A stretch of DNA of 64,000 nt from Candidatus Woesearchaeota archaeon. GTDB lineage: Archaea; Nanobdellota; Nanobdellia; Tiddalikarchaeales; Tiddalikarchaeaceae. The notes below the pieces were generated by a model that saw only the letters and a program-made list of their open reading frames with translations, searched no databases and had not been told where the DNA came from. The first letter of the stretch is position 1; the number at the start of each line of letters is the position of its first letter. The DNA is taken from assembly GCA_964457955.1 (NCBI GenBank), contig CAYWEY010000005.1, positions 923-64,922 of the forward strand. Reading direction: 5' to 3'. Shown here in pieces: positions 29,476-40,235 of the stretch. The position numbers and the translations under genes were made by a program.

Positions 29476-30996
29476 ATGAATAAGATAGAAAGAACTATTC
29501 ATTCACTGCATGAGTATGAGAGGAAAGTGCTTTCAGAATTAAAAGAATCACTGACAGTAAGTGAATTATCTGAACGAACTGGATTGAAAAAAGTTGAAGT
29601 AATGAGGGGTGTTCAGTGGTTAAAGAATAAGAAGATAATTATAATTAAAAAAGAAAAATACAAGGATATAATTCTGACCAGGATGGGAAGAAAAACATTA
29701 AAGAAAGGGCTTCCCGAAATTCGTTTTCTTAAAGTTTTAAAAAAAGAAGGAATAACTGGTTTTAAAACGATTAAGAAAAAAGCAGGGCTTAATAATCAGG
29801 AATTCAATAAGAGCATGGGATTATGCCGTAAGAATGATTTAGTAAAAATATTGGCTGATAAGTGCGAGATAACAAAAGAAGGAGTCAATTATTTGAAGAA
29901 AGAAAAAGAGAAAGAAAAGATTCTGAGAAAACTTTCAGAACAGGAGACAATAACTGAAAAATATTTAAATAAGAATGAAAAAATATTCAAAAAACTTGAC
30001 AAGAGAGGACTGATAAGTATTGATGAGAAAACATCAAGAACTGTTTCAACAACAAAGTTCGGACTTAAAATCTTAAAAAAAGGAATCGATTCAGACATGG
30101 AATACATTGAGCAAGTTACTCCTAAAATGATTGAAAAAGAGTCCTGGAAGAATAAGATTTTCAGAATGTATACTCTTAGTCAGGACGTTCCACCTAATTA
30201 TTATGGAAAGAAACAGCCTTACAGATTATTTATTGAAAAAATGAAGAATAAACTAGTTAGTCTAGGTTTTAAAGAAATGACTGGTCCAGTAGTTGAAACA
30301 AGCTTTTACAACTGTGATATTCTTTACATGCCACAGGATCATCCTGCAAGAGGAGTTCATGATATATTCTACATAAAAGAACCCCAGTACGCTGATTTAG
30401 ATAAGAAAATAGTTAAAAAGGTTAAGAAGACGCATGAAGACGGCGGAAAGACTGGAAGCACTGGATGGAGGATTCCTTTCAGTAAGAAAGCATCCGGGAG
30501 GAGAATACTCCGCTCTCAGACAACAGCAGTAAGCGCGCACATGCTAATGAATGAAGAACTCGAGATTCCGGGCAGATACTTTACAATAGACAGAAATTAT
30601 CGTCCGGATGTTATTGACAGAACGCATCTGCCTGAATTCAATCAACTGGAAGGTATTGTTGTAGGAGAAGGACTGAATCTTAAGAGTCTTTTCGGACTAT
30701 TAAGATTATTTGCTGAAGAAATAGCAGGAGTTAAGGAGTACAAAATAGTTCCAGGATACTTCCCTTTCACTGAACCAAGTGCTGAAATACATATTAAGAC
30801 AGAGCACGGATGGGTTGAGATGGGGGGTTCAGGCATATTCCGTCCCGAAGTCACTAAACCATTAGGTATTGATGTGCCAGTAATAGCATGGGGGTTAGGT
30901 TTTGACAGAATGTTCATGAGCAGTCATAATATTAAGGATATAAGAAAATTATTCAGTCATGATATTAACTGGATGAGAAAGGAGAAGGTGATATAA
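29476..30996 (+). CDS. pheS: Phenylalanine--tRNA ligase alpha subunit (archaeal long form)
   Basis: GLPE, PQDHPAR, LRSQTT, THLPEFNQLEG, YFPFTEPS, GIFRPEV, AWGLGFDR. Confidence 0.97.
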   Translation: MNKIERTIHSLHEYERKVLSELKESLTVSELSERTGLKKVEVMRGVQWLKNKKIIIIKKEKYKDIILTRMGRKTLKKGLPEIRFLKVLKKEGITGFKTIKKKAGLNNQEFNKSMGLCRKNDLVKILADKCEITKEGVNYLKKEKEKEKILRKLSEQETITEKYLNKNEKIFKKLDKRGLISIDEKTSRTVSTTKFGLKILKKGIDSDMEYIEQVTPKMIEKESWKNKIFRMYTLSQDVPPNYYGKKQPYRLFIEKMKNKLVSLGFKEMTGPVVETSFYNCDILYMPQDHPARGVHDIFYIKEPQYADLDKKIVKKVKKTHEDGGKTGSTGWRIPFSKKASGRRILRSQTTAVSAHMLMNEELEIPGRYFTIDRNYRPDVIDRTHLPEFNQLEGIVVGEGLNLKSLFGLLRLFAEEIAGVKEYKIVPGYFPFTEPSAEIHIKTEHGWVEMGGSGIFRPEVTKPLGIDVPVIAWGLGFDRMFMSSHNIKDIRKLFSHDINWMRKEKVI

Positions 30997-30997
30997 T

Positions 30998-32635
30998 ATG
31001 CCTACTATAGAAGTAAGGTATGATGATTTGAAAAAACTTGTCGGAAAAAAACTTCCGAAAAAGTTTGAAGAATTATGGGACATAGTTCAGTACTGCAAGA
31101 CAGAAATAGATGGAATGAAAGACGGAGTGTTAAAACTTGATGTGGGCGACACTAACCGGCCTGACTTGTGGTGTGCTGAAGGGATAGGAAGGGAATTAAG
31201 AGGAGCGTTGAACATAGAGAAGGGTGTTCCGAATTATAGTGCAAAAAAATCTGATAAAGAAGTAATAGTTGACAAGAGTGTTGAGAAGATAAGGCCTTTT
31301 ATTGCAACAGCAATAGTTAAGAATATTGATTTTGATAAATACTTAATAAAACAGATAGTTCAGTTTCAGGAAAAACTTAACACTACTTACGGCAGGAACA
31401 GGAAGAAAAGTGCTATAGGAATATATGATTATGATAAGATAGTGTTCCCTGTTCATTACAGGACAATAAGTCCTAACGGAATAAAGTTCATACCACTGGA
31501 TTATAATAAAGAAATGACTCCAGAGCAGATTCTTGAAGAGCATCCTAAAGGAAAAGAGTTTTCGAAAATATTTGAGGATTTCAAGAATTACCCATTACTT
31601 ATTGATGCTCATGATACAGTATTATCCCTCCCACCCATAATTAATTCTGTGTGTGTGGGAAGAATTACTCCAAGCACAAAAAATGTTTTCATAGATGTTA
31701 CTGGAACCCATCATGATACTGTAGTGAACACACTTAATATTGTTACTGCAAGCCTGATTGACAGGGGGGGAAGAGTTGAGGAAGTAATAATAAAATATGA
31801 CAAGAAAAATGAAACAACTCCTGATTATTCAAGCACGGAATGGAAGATACATTACTCAAATATTAAAGAATTATTAGGACTGGACTTGTCAAAAACAGAA
31901 GTAAAACAATTGCTCAGGAAAGCAAGATATACTCCTAAAAAATCCACAAAAAATACACTAAGAGTCAAGGTTCCTTTCTACCGCACTGATATTATGCACG
32001 AGTTTGACATAATCGAGGATATTGGAATAATGTATGGTTATAATAATATAGAGTCAGAACTTATTAAGAAGAGGACTATAGGAGGATTAAGTGATAATAC
32101 AAAATACGTTGACTTACTCAGGGAACAAGTGCTTGGGATTGGTTTTCAGGAAATAATGACTTATACAAGGGTTGATAAAGAAGTATTGTTCAACAAAGAC
32201 TGTATTGAGATAGCGAATCCAATAAGTAATAGGATGAATATGCTGCGCAACGAATTGCTTCCCGTATGTATTGATTTCTTGTCAAAAAACACTCATAATG
32301 ATTATCCTCAGAAAATATTCGAGCAGGGAAGAGTATTCATTAAAGAAAAGAAGAAAGTTATTGAGGATGAGAGAATATGCCTTGTCTCCTGCCACTCGAA
32401 AGCTAATTTTACGGAAATAAATCAGTGCCTTAACTGGCTCTCCCAATGCTTTGATTTCAATTACTCATTGAAAGATTATGAAAACAATGCATTCATTAAA
32501 GGCAGGAGTGCAACAGTGAAGATCGGCAGGAAGAATGCTGGAGTCATGGGAGAAGTTCATCCGAGAGTTCTGAAACAGAGAGGAATCAAGAATCCTATTG
32601 CATTCATAGAATTAAGCATAAATAAGATGAAATAA
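30998..32635 (+). CDS. pheT: Phenylalanine--tRNA ligase beta subunit
   Basis: MPTIEV, DTNRPDLW..EG, GRNRKKSAIGIYD, SLPPIINS, YRTDIMHEFDIIED, GEVHP; SD-like AGGTGAT upstream. Confidence 0.97.
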   Translation: MPTIEVRYDDLKKLVGKKLPKKFEELWDIVQYCKTEIDGMKDGVLKLDVGDTNRPDLWCAEGIGRELRGALNIEKGVPNYSAKKSDKEVIVDKSVEKIRPFIATAIVKNIDFDKYLIKQIVQFQEKLNTTYGRNRKKSAIGIYDYDKIVFPVHYRTISPNGIKFIPLDYNKEMTPEQILEEHPKGKEFSKIFEDFKNYPLLIDAHDTVLSLPPIINSVCVGRITPSTKNVFIDVTGTHHDTVVNTLNIVTASLIDRGGRVEEVIIKYDKKNETTPDYSSTEWKIHYSNIKELLGLDLSKTEVKQLLRKARYTPKKSTKNTLRVKVPFYRTDIMHEFDIIEDIGIMYGYNNIESELIKKRTIGGLSDNTKYVDLLREQVLGIGFQEIMTYTRVDKEVLFNKDCIEIANPISNRMNMLRNELLPVCIDFLSKNTHNDYPQKIFEQGRVFIKEKKKVIEDERICLVSCHSKANFTEINQCLNWLSQCFDFNYSLKDYENNAFIKGRSATVKIGRKNAGVMGEVHPRVLKQRGIKNPIAFIELSINKMK

Positions 32636-32642
32636 ATTTTTT

Positions 32643-33287
32643 TTACTGCATTCCTGGCGGAGGAGGAGGCGTCGGGCTTTTTCTTCTAGTGCTGGTTGTT
32701 GACATTCCTCCAGTGCTTTCAGCATACCATGTCCCCATTATCTTGCTTTGTGCTAAAAGACTTAGTCCTGTACCAACAACAGGAACAGCTCCTAATAAAG
32801 AATAAACAAAATTAAATAATAACAACATTATATAATTTTTTAAATCTTTTTTAATCATTCTAAAAGCTTTACCAAAACTAAACAATGCGCTTAAATTTCT
32901 TTCAACAGCATAATTAATCACTAAAGGAGGTAAAACTATCATATAAACTATTATGCCAATAAAACCAAGTATTCCTGAAAAGAAAGATAATAATCCACGT
33001 ATTAATGGAAAAAATGATATTAAGTTAAGGAGTATGACTGGAAGCATAAGGATTATCATAAAAACAACCATTTTCAATCCCTCAATTATTTTGCCACCTA
33101 AATTATTGAACATACTAGGCATTTCTTCTTGCCCTTCAGCACTGTTTTTAATTAAGTTCAAATAATGTCCTGCTACTGCAAAATTTACTACAGGAATTAT
33201 TCCTGCGATAAGAATTAAAACCGATTCTTTTATTGAATTTCCAAAATCTCTTGAGATATATTCCCATCCTGTTTTGAAATCAACCAT
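32643..33287 (-). CDS. DUF4013-like membrane protein
   Basis: IIPVVNF...G.Y..LIK, EGLK, NYAVE..LSALFSF; proline-rich tail. Confidence 0.7.
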   Translation of the reverse strand: MVDFKTGWEYISRDFGNSIKESVLILIAGIIPVVNFAVAGHYLNLIKNSAEGQEEMPSMFNNLGGKIIEGLKMVVFMIILMLPVILLNLISFFPLIRGLLSFFSGILGFIGIIVYMIVLPPLVINYAVERNLSALFSFGKAFRMIKKDLKNYIMLLLFNFVYSLLGAVPVVGTGLSLLAQSKIMGTWYAESTGGMSTTSTRRKSPTPPPPPGMQ

Positions 33288-33322
33288 GCTAAATAATAGA
33301 GTTATTAATATTTTATAAATCT

Positions 33323-33961
33323 TTATTTTGTCTCAGCATACCATGTTCCGATTATTTTATTGCGTACGAGAATACTGATTCCTGTGAAGAACATGACTGA
33401 AACCAGTCCTATTATTGTTGAGGAAATAATCGTCATACAAATACTGATCCCCCACCCATAAACTATTATTATGATGATTGCAAAAATATAATCCCAGAAG
33501 TTTTTAGTCATGATTTTCCACGCTTTCTTATAATTAAAAAAAGCACTGAACTCTCTTTTTTCAACATAACGGCATTTAAGAATTGGAATAATTAAGTTCA
33601 TTAAGACTATTAGAATAAATATTAGTGGAATAAAAATGAATAATGACAAAAATATTAAATCACTATTATAAAAAACTCCGATGAAAGGAAAGAATAAGAT
33701 TACAACAAATAATAGTAATATAATAAGCAGGAAAAGAAAATACTTGACTCCTTCGCTGAAGTATTTGCCGAATTCTTCAAAAATTCCGGGAATCTTTTTC
33801 TTCTTCTTAATAGCGTATTCAAGAATTTCAAGCTCCCATCCGAGAATAGCGAGCCAACCAATAATTGGGATTAATAATGAGACGAAAGCAAGAAATGACT
33901 GCTTAAGAGTGTTCTTGAAGTCTCTAGTAATATAATTCCACGGTGTTTCGAACTTAACCAT
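33323..33961 (-). CDS. DUF4013-like membrane protein; tandem paralog
   Basis: Shares MVxFxTxWxYIxRDFxN and KIxGTWYAE with its neighbour. Confidence 0.7.
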   Translation of the reverse strand: MVKFETPWNYITRDFKNTLKQSFLAFVSLLIPIIGWLAILGWELEILEYAIKKKKKIPGIFEEFGKYFSEGVKYFLFLLIILLLFVVILFFPFIGVFYNSDLIFLSLFIFIPLIFILIVLMNLIIPILKCRYVEKREFSAFFNYKKAWKIMTKNFWDYIFAIIIIIVYGWGISICMTIISSTIIGLVSVMFFTGISILVRNKIIGTWYAETK

Positions 33962-33998
33962 TAAACTAATAAAAAAGAGACGATTTTATTTAAACATT

Positions 33999-34367
33999 AT
34001 GGGAAGATATTACAAAGGAGCTTGTTATGAAAGAGAATTAGTCAAACTTCTTGTAAGCAAAGGATTCGCTGCAGTACGTGTTGCTGGAAGCGGAAGAGCA
34101 CGGATGGAGCAGCCGGATATTATAGCCAGCAACTGCAAAAATCTTTATGGAATAGAATCCAAATTCTCATCCACAAATTATAAGACAATAAAAAAGAAAG
34201 AAGTGAATAGTCTTTACAAATTCTGCAAAAATTTCGGGTGCAGAGCATTCCTCGCATTCAGGTTCAGAAGAACACCATGGAAATTTATGGAAATAAAAGA
34301 AGAAGTAAGTGATAATGTAAGTGTGAAAAAAGATGATGATTTATTAACTATCCGCGGAATAATTTAA
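33999..34367 (+). CDS. hjc: Holliday junction resolvase Hjc
   Basis: KGACYEREL, GFAAVRVAGSG, PDIIA, IESK. Confidence 0.92.
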   Translation: MGRYYKGACYERELVKLLVSKGFAAVRVAGSGRARMEQPDIIASNCKNLYGIESKFSSTNYKTIKKKEVNSLYKFCKNFGCRAFLAFRFRRTPWKFMEIKEEVSDNVSVKKDDDLLTIRGII

Positions 34368-35199
34368 TCTTCTTCAATATTTGTTTTTCATAAGATTCTC
34401 TTCCTTCTCCAAGAATGTTTCTTAAATCAAAACTATCCTTATTAGTTCTCATCAAACCATGCTTTTTCATATATTGATGAACTGCTTGAGCAAAACTCCA
34501 TCTGAGTTCAGAATCAATATTAATTTTTCTTATACCCTTCTTTATCGCTATCCTGATTTCATTATCAGGGAGTCCGCTCGCGCCGTGAAGAACAAGAGGA
34601 ATATCAACAACATTGTTTATTTTCTCCAACCTCTCAAAATCAATAACTGGTTCTCCTTTGTAAAAACCATGACCTGTTCCAATACTCACAGCTAAACTAT
34701 GGCATCCCGTTCTTTCAACGAATTCTTCCGCTTTCTCAGGTTTTGTCATACTCTTCTCTCTCTCACTTACATTAATTTCGTCCTCAGTTCCTACCAATCG
34801 TCCAAGTTCTGCTTCAACACTAATATTTTTCTTATAAGCCATTTTCACGATTTTTTTAGTGTTCTTAACATTCTTTTCAAAAGGGAGTTTGGAGCCGTCA
34901 TACATTACGCTTGTGAAACCCTCTTTCTTAATGCATTTCTTGGCATACTCCATGTTGCCGTGGTCGAGATGGAGTATTATTCTTGCTTTTTTTGGAATAC
35001 TTCTGCTTAAGTTAATAATATTATCAAGACCCATATATTTTATAGTAGTCATGCTGCATCCCATGAAGACGTATTCTCTTTTCTTGATACTGGCATTAAT
35101 GAGTGCCTGGAAAGTCTCCAAATTCATAATATTAAAATGTCCTATAGCATACTTGTTTTTTTCAGCACTCTCATAAGGTTCAGAACTATTAATTAACAT
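34348..35199 (-). CDS. fba: Class II fructose-bisphosphate aldolase
   Basis: YAIGHFN, LHLDHG, GFTSVMYDGS, VEAELG, AVSIGTGHG, LVLHGASG, KINI. Confidence 0.92.
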   Translation of the reverse strand: MLINSSEPYESAEKNKYAIGHFNIMNLETFQALINASIKKREYVFMGCSMTTIKYMGLDNIINLSRSIPKKARIILHLDHGNMEYAKKCIKKEGFTSVMYDGSKLPFEKNVKNTKKIVKMAYKKNISVEAELGRLVGTEDEINVSEREKSMTKPEKAEEFVERTGCHSLAVSIGTGHGFYKGEPVIDFERLEKINNVVDIPLVLHGASGLPDNEIRIAIKKGIRKINIDSELRWSFAQAVHQYMKKHGLMRTNKDSFDLRNILGEGRESYEKQILKKIKLFRG

Positions 35200-35265
35200 A
35201 TTTAATATAGTAAGCGAATAGTTATTAAAAAATTTTATAATAATCCATCAATTAATTATTAATTT

Positions 35266-35892
35266 GTGAAACCATTAATAGTCATAAATTTTAAGAATTA
35301 CGAGCAAGGGTATGGGATAAAGGGATATAAGATTGGAGAAATCGTGGAAACATATGATAATATAATAGTATGCGTACCTGATTCTATGATAAGCGTGATG
35401 GAAGGTCCTGTTGTTTACGCCCAGCACGTCGACCCTGTTAGTCCTGGAGCACATACAGGAAGCACGACTGCTGAAGAGATTAAAGAAGTTGGTGCAGAAG
35501 GAAGTCTCGTGAATCACAGTGAGAAAAGAATCCCTTTCAAAGATATTAAGACAGTTGTGGAAAAACTAAAAAAACATAATCTTAAAAGTATTGTGTGCTG
35601 CCAGGACAAGGATGAAGCATCAAGAATTAAGAGATTAGAACCAGATTATATTGCTTACGAACCTCCAAAACTTATAGGTGGAAAGATTAGTGTTTCTGAA
35701 GCAAAACCTGAAATGATTAAGGAAATAGTAAATATAGTAAAGCCTGTTAAATTATTAGTTGGGGCAGGTGTGAAGACAAGGAAAGATGTTAAGAAAAGCA
35801 TGGAATTAGGCGCAGTAGGAGTATTAATTGCTAGTGGAGTATTGAAATCGGATAATCCTAAAGAAAAAATAAAGGAGTTGGCTGAATGGTGA
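35266..35892 (+). CDS. tpiA: Triosephosphate isomerase (archaeal type)
   Basis: INFKNY, AQHVD, GAHTG, NHSE, AYEPP, GAGV; GTG start. Confidence 0.94.
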   Translation: MKPLIVINFKNYEQGYGIKGYKIGEIVETYDNIIVCVPDSMISVMEGPVVYAQHVDPVSPGAHTGSTTAEEIKEVGAEGSLVNHSEKRIPFKDIKTVVEKLKKHNLKSIVCCQDKDEASRIKRLEPDYIAYEPPKLIGGKISVSEAKPEMIKEIVNIVKPVKLLVGAGVKTRKDVKKSMELGAVGVLIASGVLKSDNPKEKIKELAEW

Positions 35893-37751
35893 ATATTGTT
35901 AAAGTAAATGTTGAGAATAAGAATATAAATGAAGAAGATTCTGATAGGTTCGGAACACTTGATTATAGTATAAGTCATCATATGGAGGAAGAAACGTATG
36001 AGAAAGATGTCTTCAGCCCGGAGAATAGTGTATGCATAAGCAGCGGGCCTCTTGCAGGCTCAAGAATTCCCGGAATGTACAGATTAATAATAAGTGGAAG
36101 GAGTCCTCTAACACATACTTTCTTTTTCACAACTCTTGGCGGAGGAAGCATGGAGTTTTATCCAACATCAATTGATACTCTTGTAATAAAAGGGAAGTCA
36201 AAAAAACCATTAATATTATTAGTAAAGTATGAGGACGATGAGTTAAAAATAGAGTTCAAGAATATAAGCAGGAAAGAATTGTTCAAACTGTATGAAAAGA
36301 AAGGAGTTTATTCATTGCAGAAATACTTGATTAAGAATTACTCAAAATTCTATAAAGAATTAAGATATCGTGCAATAGTTGTTGGTCCTGCAGCATTTAA
36401 TACAAATATGGGGGCAATAAATAGTGTTGTCATAAGGAATAATAAGATTGATCATGGAAGCGAAGGATGGGGAGGAAGAGGAGGATTCGGTTCATTACTG
36501 GCACAAGCTCATAATGTTTGTGCAGTAATGTTCGGAGGAGATTATGATGATAGAGAATTCGAAGAAAACATTAGGGATTTGAAAGTAAGGAATGGCTTGT
36601 TCAAAGACTTGACAGGAAAAGAGATGACTCCTAGAATAGTTGAGAAAACCAAAAAATATAGGGAGAAGGGAACTTTTGGAGGAAATAATGAAACTCTTGT
36701 TGATGATATTCCAATGTTTAACTGGCAGAATATATATTTAGATAAAGAGGAGAGAGTAAGTATTCATAAAAAATTTGTAAAAGAGCATTATCTTAAGCAG
36801 TTCAAAAAAGAAATACTTGAACATAAGAGGTTCAAGACTTGCGGAGAGAATTGTCCTGCAGTATGCAAGAAAGTTTATAATAATAGGAATAAGGATTATG
36901 AAACATATAATAGTTGCGGACCGAACAGCGGAGTATTTGACCAGAGAGCAGCCGAATTACTGGCGGGAACAGTTGATGATATGGGATTTGATAGCATAGA
37001 ATTCGGAAACATAATAAGCACTGTTTTTGAAGGAATACAGAAAGGAGTTCTGAAACCAAAAACTTTCAAGATAGAGAAAGAACCGAGATTTGATATTGAA
37101 AGTTTTAAATTAAAGGATTCAATGCATAATGCAAAAATTGGTGCAGAGATTATTAAAAAAACTGCTTTCGGAAAAATACCATTTCTTAATAAAGGAATAA
37201 GGAATTTCAGTAAAAAGAAGAACTTGGATTTTGCAGCATATTTTAGTTTCGGAGAAGAAGGATGCATCAGCCCAAACCAGTACTGGCTTCCAGGATTCCT
37301 AGTCCCTCTTCCTATTCAGGGAAAATTCTGCACTTATTACCAGAAACCATTCCATGCTCCTGAAGAAATGGGAGAGTTAAGCACTGAAAGACTTATCAAA
37401 GAATTATATAATGAGAATACAGGAATATGCCGTTTTCACCGCAAATGGTGCGAGGAAATACTGAATGAATTAATTAAAGAATTATTAGGAGAAGATATTG
37501 ACTATTACGAACATATTAAGAATCTTGTTAAGAAAATAAAAGAATATAATGAATTAGCTAATAATTCTCCTGTTTACTGGGAGACTAAGAGGACAAAAGA
37601 TATTGTTCACACACACTTACTGGCAAGCATTGAGGATGTAGGGGAGAGCAACCTAGCAGTTAAGTGGAAAGAAAAATATGAAAAAAGTTTTGAAAAAGCA
37701 AGCAGGGAGTACTGGAGTAAATTATTAAAAGGTGTGGAGAACATATTATAA
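35886..37751 (+). CDS. gor: Glyceraldehyde-3-phosphate:ferredoxin oxidoreductase (AOR family, W/Mo-pterin)
   Basis: RSPL..F..TLGG, VVGPAA, WGGRGGFGS, TCGENCPAVCKK, MGFDSIE, PNQYW.PG, GICRFHRKW; coupled to tpiA. Confidence 0.85.
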   Translation: MVNIVKVNVENKNINEEDSDRFGTLDYSISHHMEEETYEKDVFSPENSVCISSGPLAGSRIPGMYRLIISGRSPLTHTFFFTTLGGGSMEFYPTSIDTLVIKGKSKKPLILLVKYEDDELKIEFKNISRKELFKLYEKKGVYSLQKYLIKNYSKFYKELRYRAIVVGPAAFNTNMGAINSVVIRNNKIDHGSEGWGGRGGFGSLLAQAHNVCAVMFGGDYDDREFEENIRDLKVRNGLFKDLTGKEMTPRIVEKTKKYREKGTFGGNNETLVDDIPMFNWQNIYLDKEERVSIHKKFVKEHYLKQFKKEILEHKRFKTCGENCPAVCKKVYNNRNKDYETYNSCGPNSGVFDQRAAELLAGTVDDMGFDSIEFGNIISTVFEGIQKGVLKPKTFKIEKEPRFDIESFKLKDSMHNAKIGAEIIKKTAFGKIPFLNKGIRNFSKKKNLDFAAYFSFGEEGCISPNQYWLPGFLVPLPIQGKFCTYYQKPFHAPEEMGELSTERLIKELYNENTGICRFHRKWCEEILNELIKELLGEDIDYYEHIKNLVKKIKEYNELANNSPVYWETKRTKDIVHTHLLASIEDVGESNLAVKWKEKYEKSFEKASREYWSKLLKGVENIL

Positions 37752-37889
37752 TCAATTGTTTCCAATTTTTTTCTCAATCAACTAGAGATATAATATAACA
37801 CGCTGATAAAATATAAATCTTGTTTTTTTTCATTACTACTAGAAGGGTTTAACAAATCTTTTTTATAAATAAATAAAATCTATTAAATT

Positions 37890-40235
37890 ATGGTGGATGG
37901 GGTTTACGAGATAAATACTAATTCTGATTATAAAGCAAGACTCATTATGTTAACTGAAGCATATATTGGAAAGATTTTTTCAGGAGAAAAATATTTGAAT
38001 GCTCTTTTTTCATATGCTAATGAAGTAAATGCTGATGCAATAATCTTTATGGGTGGAATGTTATATATGGATATGAAAAAGCATAGTTCTAAGAAGAACT
38101 TAAGAGCATTAACATCTGAAGAATATATCAGTAAAGATATTTTAGAGAAAAGCCTGCCTGATGTTGTTAAAAGAGATGACTGGTCTGAACTTGAAGAATT
38201 ATTGAATGATGAAGAAGGTGTTGAAGGATTAAGTGATGACATGTATGAAATAAAGAATATTTTGACATCTTATGCTTCTTCTGATGAGAAGAAAGATTCT
38301 CTTGTTAAAAAAGTTAAGAACGCTTTTAAGAAAAATAATGAATATGGAGTACCTGTTCGTGCGCTTTTCGGAGCAAATGAAGAAAATTTTGTTGAATCAT
38401 CAGGAAATGATGAATTAAGAGAAGATACTAAAGAAGATCAAGGTAAATTAAGTAATAAAGTTAAAAAATTAGAATATGTTTTAAAAATTGCTTACAAAAG
38501 ACTAGATTATGAGAAGGATGAGGAGAACAGGGACAGGGTTGAAGGAATTAGCAATTGGATTAAGCGTTTGGAAAGAGGTTTGGAGAAATTAAAAAGGAAG
38601 AAGAGCAAAGTCATAATGACTAATGCTTTGGATTCCCGGAGAAAAAAATATATCATTAAAGCAGAAAAAAGATTTAAAGAAGATATTAAAAACGCGATTC
38701 CTAATTTTGAATGGCTTCCAAAGAATGGTATGTTCAGAGTGAATAATACTCTTGTTAAAGCATCTTACAGTACTTATAAAATATCAAATAATCCCCTGCT
38801 TTCCGCTACAAAAATATTAAGAACTAATATTGGGAGGAGAGTATATGAAGGAAGAACAGATAATATACGAATGTTTGTTCAGGGAGGACTTCAGGGAGTT
38901 TTTTCATCATTAATTATGCTTGATACTTCAGGATATAATATTGATGAATTGCCTATAGGAATTCATACATCCGAGAATCATGATAGAAATATTTTTGCAG
39001 TCCAGCTTCCTCCTTTCATGAATAAAGATTGTTTAAGAAAAGTTCTTGAAGAAGAAGTTCTTATTCCTGCAGGAGAAAAACCTCAGAAAATGATTCACAA
39101 AATCCCTAATGTTGCTACAGGCGCAGTAGTCACTGATTTCTTAAATTCAGACGGTGCATTCGTAAGGTATAAGTATTTAACAACTGAATTTTTAGAAGAT
39201 TACCAGAATAACAAAATAGTGGCAGAACCCCCTAATTTTAGTTTTATTTCAAGAGGAGATGATCATCTTGGTTCAGCAACAACTAAACTAATTTATTTAT
39301 CAGATGAAGATAAAAGAAGAGCAGAAGAGTTTCTTAAGTTTAATTTAGGGAATAACTTGTTCAGAGTTAATCGTGCTGAAACCGCTGTTTATAACTTATT
39401 CCCGCATCACAGTATTTTTTATAACGGGGATAATGTCCAGGCAATGAATTATGATTTATATCTTGAAAAATATTATGACAAGAACATGTTTGAGTTCTCT
39501 GAAGGATTGAAAGAAAGTGTTGATAAAGCTTTTTATTCACTGCGAGACAAGTTCAGAAAGAATGCTGCAAACGTGCAGGACCAATTTGATGATTTCATTG
39601 GCTTAATGGTTGATTTGCCTAAGAGACAGAATAAGGAGATGATAAATAATGCAAGAAAATTAGGGATAAAAGGACCTTTAATTACTTTTGTTGCAGGGAA
39701 TCATTCCAAGCATTCTGATACTTCAGGACTTAATATTAATAAGCAATTTGCTGATATTGCGAGAAGAACGTATGATGTAAGTGAGGAAGAAATAGTTCAT
39801 GGGAGTATTGGAAGCGGGACGGGTTATCTTCCTTTCAGATGGGGTTTAGAAAATAATTTATATGATTTTGTTCAGAAACATAAGTGGAGTAGCACTCATA
39901 AAGGACAATTAAAAAATGTTTTAGGAAGAGCAGCGGTTATTGAGCAGAGGCGCACCAATTTTCGGCTTGGAGGACATACCCATACTCCTGCTTCAGGATT
40001 TAATGGTCAGGAATACGTATTTATTAATGGTTCAGCACAGGATAATAATGAATGGAAAGAAATGCTTAATCTCCCTCCCAGCACTACAGCATCATGGTGG
40101 GTTAATACTCCTGCAGAAAGTAAAGGACCTGTAAGCATGGTTCCTTTGACTCTTGAGTTAATAATGAGAGCATTGACTAATCCGGAAGAGATTAAGAGAA
40201 TTATTGATGAGAATTTCAGGTTTTATTCAGGATGA
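37890..40235 (+). CDS. Large protein with a degenerate N-terminal and an intact C-terminal calcineurin-like metallophosphoesterase domain
   Basis: C-half has DDH, NGD, AGNH, KH and GGHTH in order; N-half has the same spacing with TEAY, MGG and GANE; charged coiled-coil insert. Confidence 0.7.
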   Translation: MVDGVYEINTNSDYKARLIMLTEAYIGKIFSGEKYLNALFSYANEVNADAIIFMGGMLYMDMKKHSSKKNLRALTSEEYISKDILEKSLPDVVKRDDWSELEELLNDEEGVEGLSDDMYEIKNILTSYASSDEKKDSLVKKVKNAFKKNNEYGVPVRALFGANEENFVESSGNDELREDTKEDQGKLSNKVKKLEYVLKIAYKRLDYEKDEENRDRVEGISNWIKRLERGLEKLKRKKSKVIMTNALDSRRKKYIIKAEKRFKEDIKNAIPNFEWLPKNGMFRVNNTLVKASYSTYKISNNPLLSATKILRTNIGRRVYEGRTDNIRMFVQGGLQGVFSSLIMLDTSGYNIDELPIGIHTSENHDRNIFAVQLPPFMNKDCLRKVLEEEVLIPAGEKPQKMIHKIPNVATGAVVTDFLNSDGAFVRYKYLTTEFLEDYQNNKIVAEPPNFSFISRGDDHLGSATTKLIYLSDEDKRRAEEFLKFNLGNNLFRVNRAETAVYNLFPHHSIFYNGDNVQAMNYDLYLEKYYDKNMFEFSEGLKESVDKAFYSLRDKFRKNAANVQDQFDDFIGLMVDLPKRQNKEMINNARKLGIKGPLITFVAGNHSKHSDTSGLNINKQFADIARRTYDVSEEEIVHGSIGSGTGYLPFRWGLENNLYDFVQKHKWSSTHKGQLKNVLGRAAVIEQRRTNFRLGGHTHTPASGFNGQEYVFINGSAQDNNEWKEMLNLPPSTTASWWVNTPAESKGPVSMVPLTLELIMRALTNPEEIKRIIDENFRFYSG

